DNA from: Microthrixaceae bacterium
GTDB lineage: Bacteria; Actinomycetota; Acidimicrobiia; Acidimicrobiales; Acidimicrobilacustridaceae
Direction: 5' to 3'
Assembly: GCA_947455015.1 (NCBI GenBank)
Contig: CANGMY010000001.1
Location: forward strand, 432 to 64,431
DNA: 64,000 nucleotides
Shown here: in pieces, positions 62,950 through 64,000 of the stretch
How positions within the stretch are numbered: the first letter of the stretch is position 1
Layout: each line of letters begins with the position of its first letter
Position numbers and translations under genes: made by a program
The notes under the pieces: model-generated
Database searches by the model: none
Seen by the model: the letters and a program-made list of their open reading frames with translations, nothing else
What the model was told of the DNA's origin: nothing

Positions 62950-63998
62950 CACAATCCCTTTTCTGCGACAAAGCCATCGATGCATTCGCCGATGTAGTCG
63001 CAGTCGGCGTCGGACAGCGAATGGTTGTTTGGAACGATGAGGCCCCATTCCATGACGCGGTCGGCATTTGGTAGTCCGTCGGACGGCACGCGGAATTCCT
63101 GACCACGCAGCATCGGTTGACGGGTGATGTTGCCGGTCCAAACCATGCGAGTGTCGACGCCGTGTGACTCCATCCATTGCTGCAGTTCGGCGCGGCGAAT
63201 GCCTGAGTCGGGCTGAATGATGAACGGGAACATATGCCAGCCGGTTTCGATGCCCTCAGTCAGTTGGGGGAGTACGAACAAATGCGGGTACTTCGCAAGG
63301 TGCGAACTTGTAATGGCAAAGCTGCGCTGGCGGCGAGCGAGGTTCTCGTCCAACTTGTCGAGCTGCACAAGACCGAACGCTGCGGAGAGTTCTGAGGGTT
63401 CGAAGTTCCAACCGTTCTCGTCGAAGATGAAGATGTTGTCGTATTCGAGGCCGTCGTCGAGTTCGCTGAAGAATCGATCGACTTTGCCTTTGAGCGATCC
63501 AAAGAGTTGAAGCTCGGAGCGACGACCCCATCGGCGGAACAGCAATGCACGGTCTGCGAGTTCATCGTTATCGAAACACACCATGCCGCCAGTTCCGGCT
63601 GCGGTGATGATGTGCGAAAGGGCGAAACTCGTGAGCGAAATGTCGGCTCTCGTGCCGGTGGTTGTTCCCCGCAATGTTTGGCCGAGTGCATCGCAGGAAT
63701 CTTCAATGACAAGAAGGTTGTGGCGATCGGCGATTTCACGAATGACATCCCAGTCGGGACAGTTGCCGATGAGGTTGGGGGCGAGGATGGCGCGGGTCTT
63801 GGGTGACACCATCTCCTCGATGCGGTTGACATCGATCTGAAAGGTGTCGGGAGTGACATCGACAAAGACTGGAACTGCACCCTTGCGGATAATGGGAGCA
63901 ACATCTGTCGAGAAAGTGACCGAACTCGTGATGATTTCGTCGCCGGGTTGGAGGTCGATGGCTTCGTACGCGAGGTAGAGCGCTGAACTTCCTGAGTT
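62949..63998 (-). CDS. DegT/DnrJ/EryC1/StrS family PLP enzyme, dehydratase type; 5' end outside the window
   Basis: NSGSSAL, PNLIGN, IEDSCDALG, SFALSHIIT..GTGG, GLVQLDKL; frame open to the window edge. Confidence 0.88.
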   Translation of the reverse strand, partial: NSGSSALYLAYEAIDLQPGDEIITSSVTFSTDVAPIIRKGAVPVFVDVTPDTFQIDVNRIEEMVSPKTRAILAPNLIGNCPDWDVIREIADRHNLLVIEDSCDALGQTLRGTTTGTRADISLTSFALSHIITAAGTGGMVCFDNDELADRALLFRRWGRRSELQLFGSLKGKVDRFFSELDDGLEYDNIFIFDENGWNFEPSELSAAFGLVQLDKLDENLARRQRSFAITSSHLAKYPHLFVLPQLTEGIETGWHMFPFIIQPDSGIRRAELQQWMESHGVDTRMVWTGNITRQPMLRGQEFRVPSDGLPNADRVMEWGLIVPNNHSLSDADCDYIGECIDGFVAEKGL

Positions 63999-64000
63999 GC

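Noticed and set aside
50249-64000. tRNA-Gln as integration site of a genomic island covering the catabolic block
   Set aside because: No integrase, no duplicated tRNA 3' end was noticed, a normal terminator follows the tRNA, and composition looks like the core genes.

Overview
GC-rich actinobacterial chromosome segment. Gene content and order (iscS-mnmA-MetE-like-ligA...gatCAB...ilvBNC...serA, leuA, leuDC/IclR, leuB-ilvE-cimA, gltX-tRNA-Gln) match the conserved actinobacterial translation/branched-chain amino acid (BCAA) region. The short-type LeuA and the accessory genes suggest Acidimicrobiia (inference). The window holds about 66 CDS, one tRNA-Gln(CTG), a Phd-VapC toxin-antitoxin pair and a 12-kb SDR-rich catabolic block at the right end. 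No CRISPR array, integrase or transposase was seen. The strongest signal missed by the ORF track is a set of three similarly built leader-peptide attenuators: MSTTVLTSLVVLR before ilvBNC, MRSFALELLLR before leuA, and an Ile-rich [16 protein letters not shown] before leuB-ilvE-cimA. Each ends Arg-TAG directly on a hairpin followed by a terminator. Other notable points are pervasive leaderless promoter architecture, an AT-richer islet pairing a secreted matrixin-like metalloprotease with a possibly TIMP/NTR-like lipoprotein, an SD-sequestering hairpin before metY, and a ColD-like (His-for-Lys) sugar dehydratase at the window edge. All calls were made by eye; no database searches were run.
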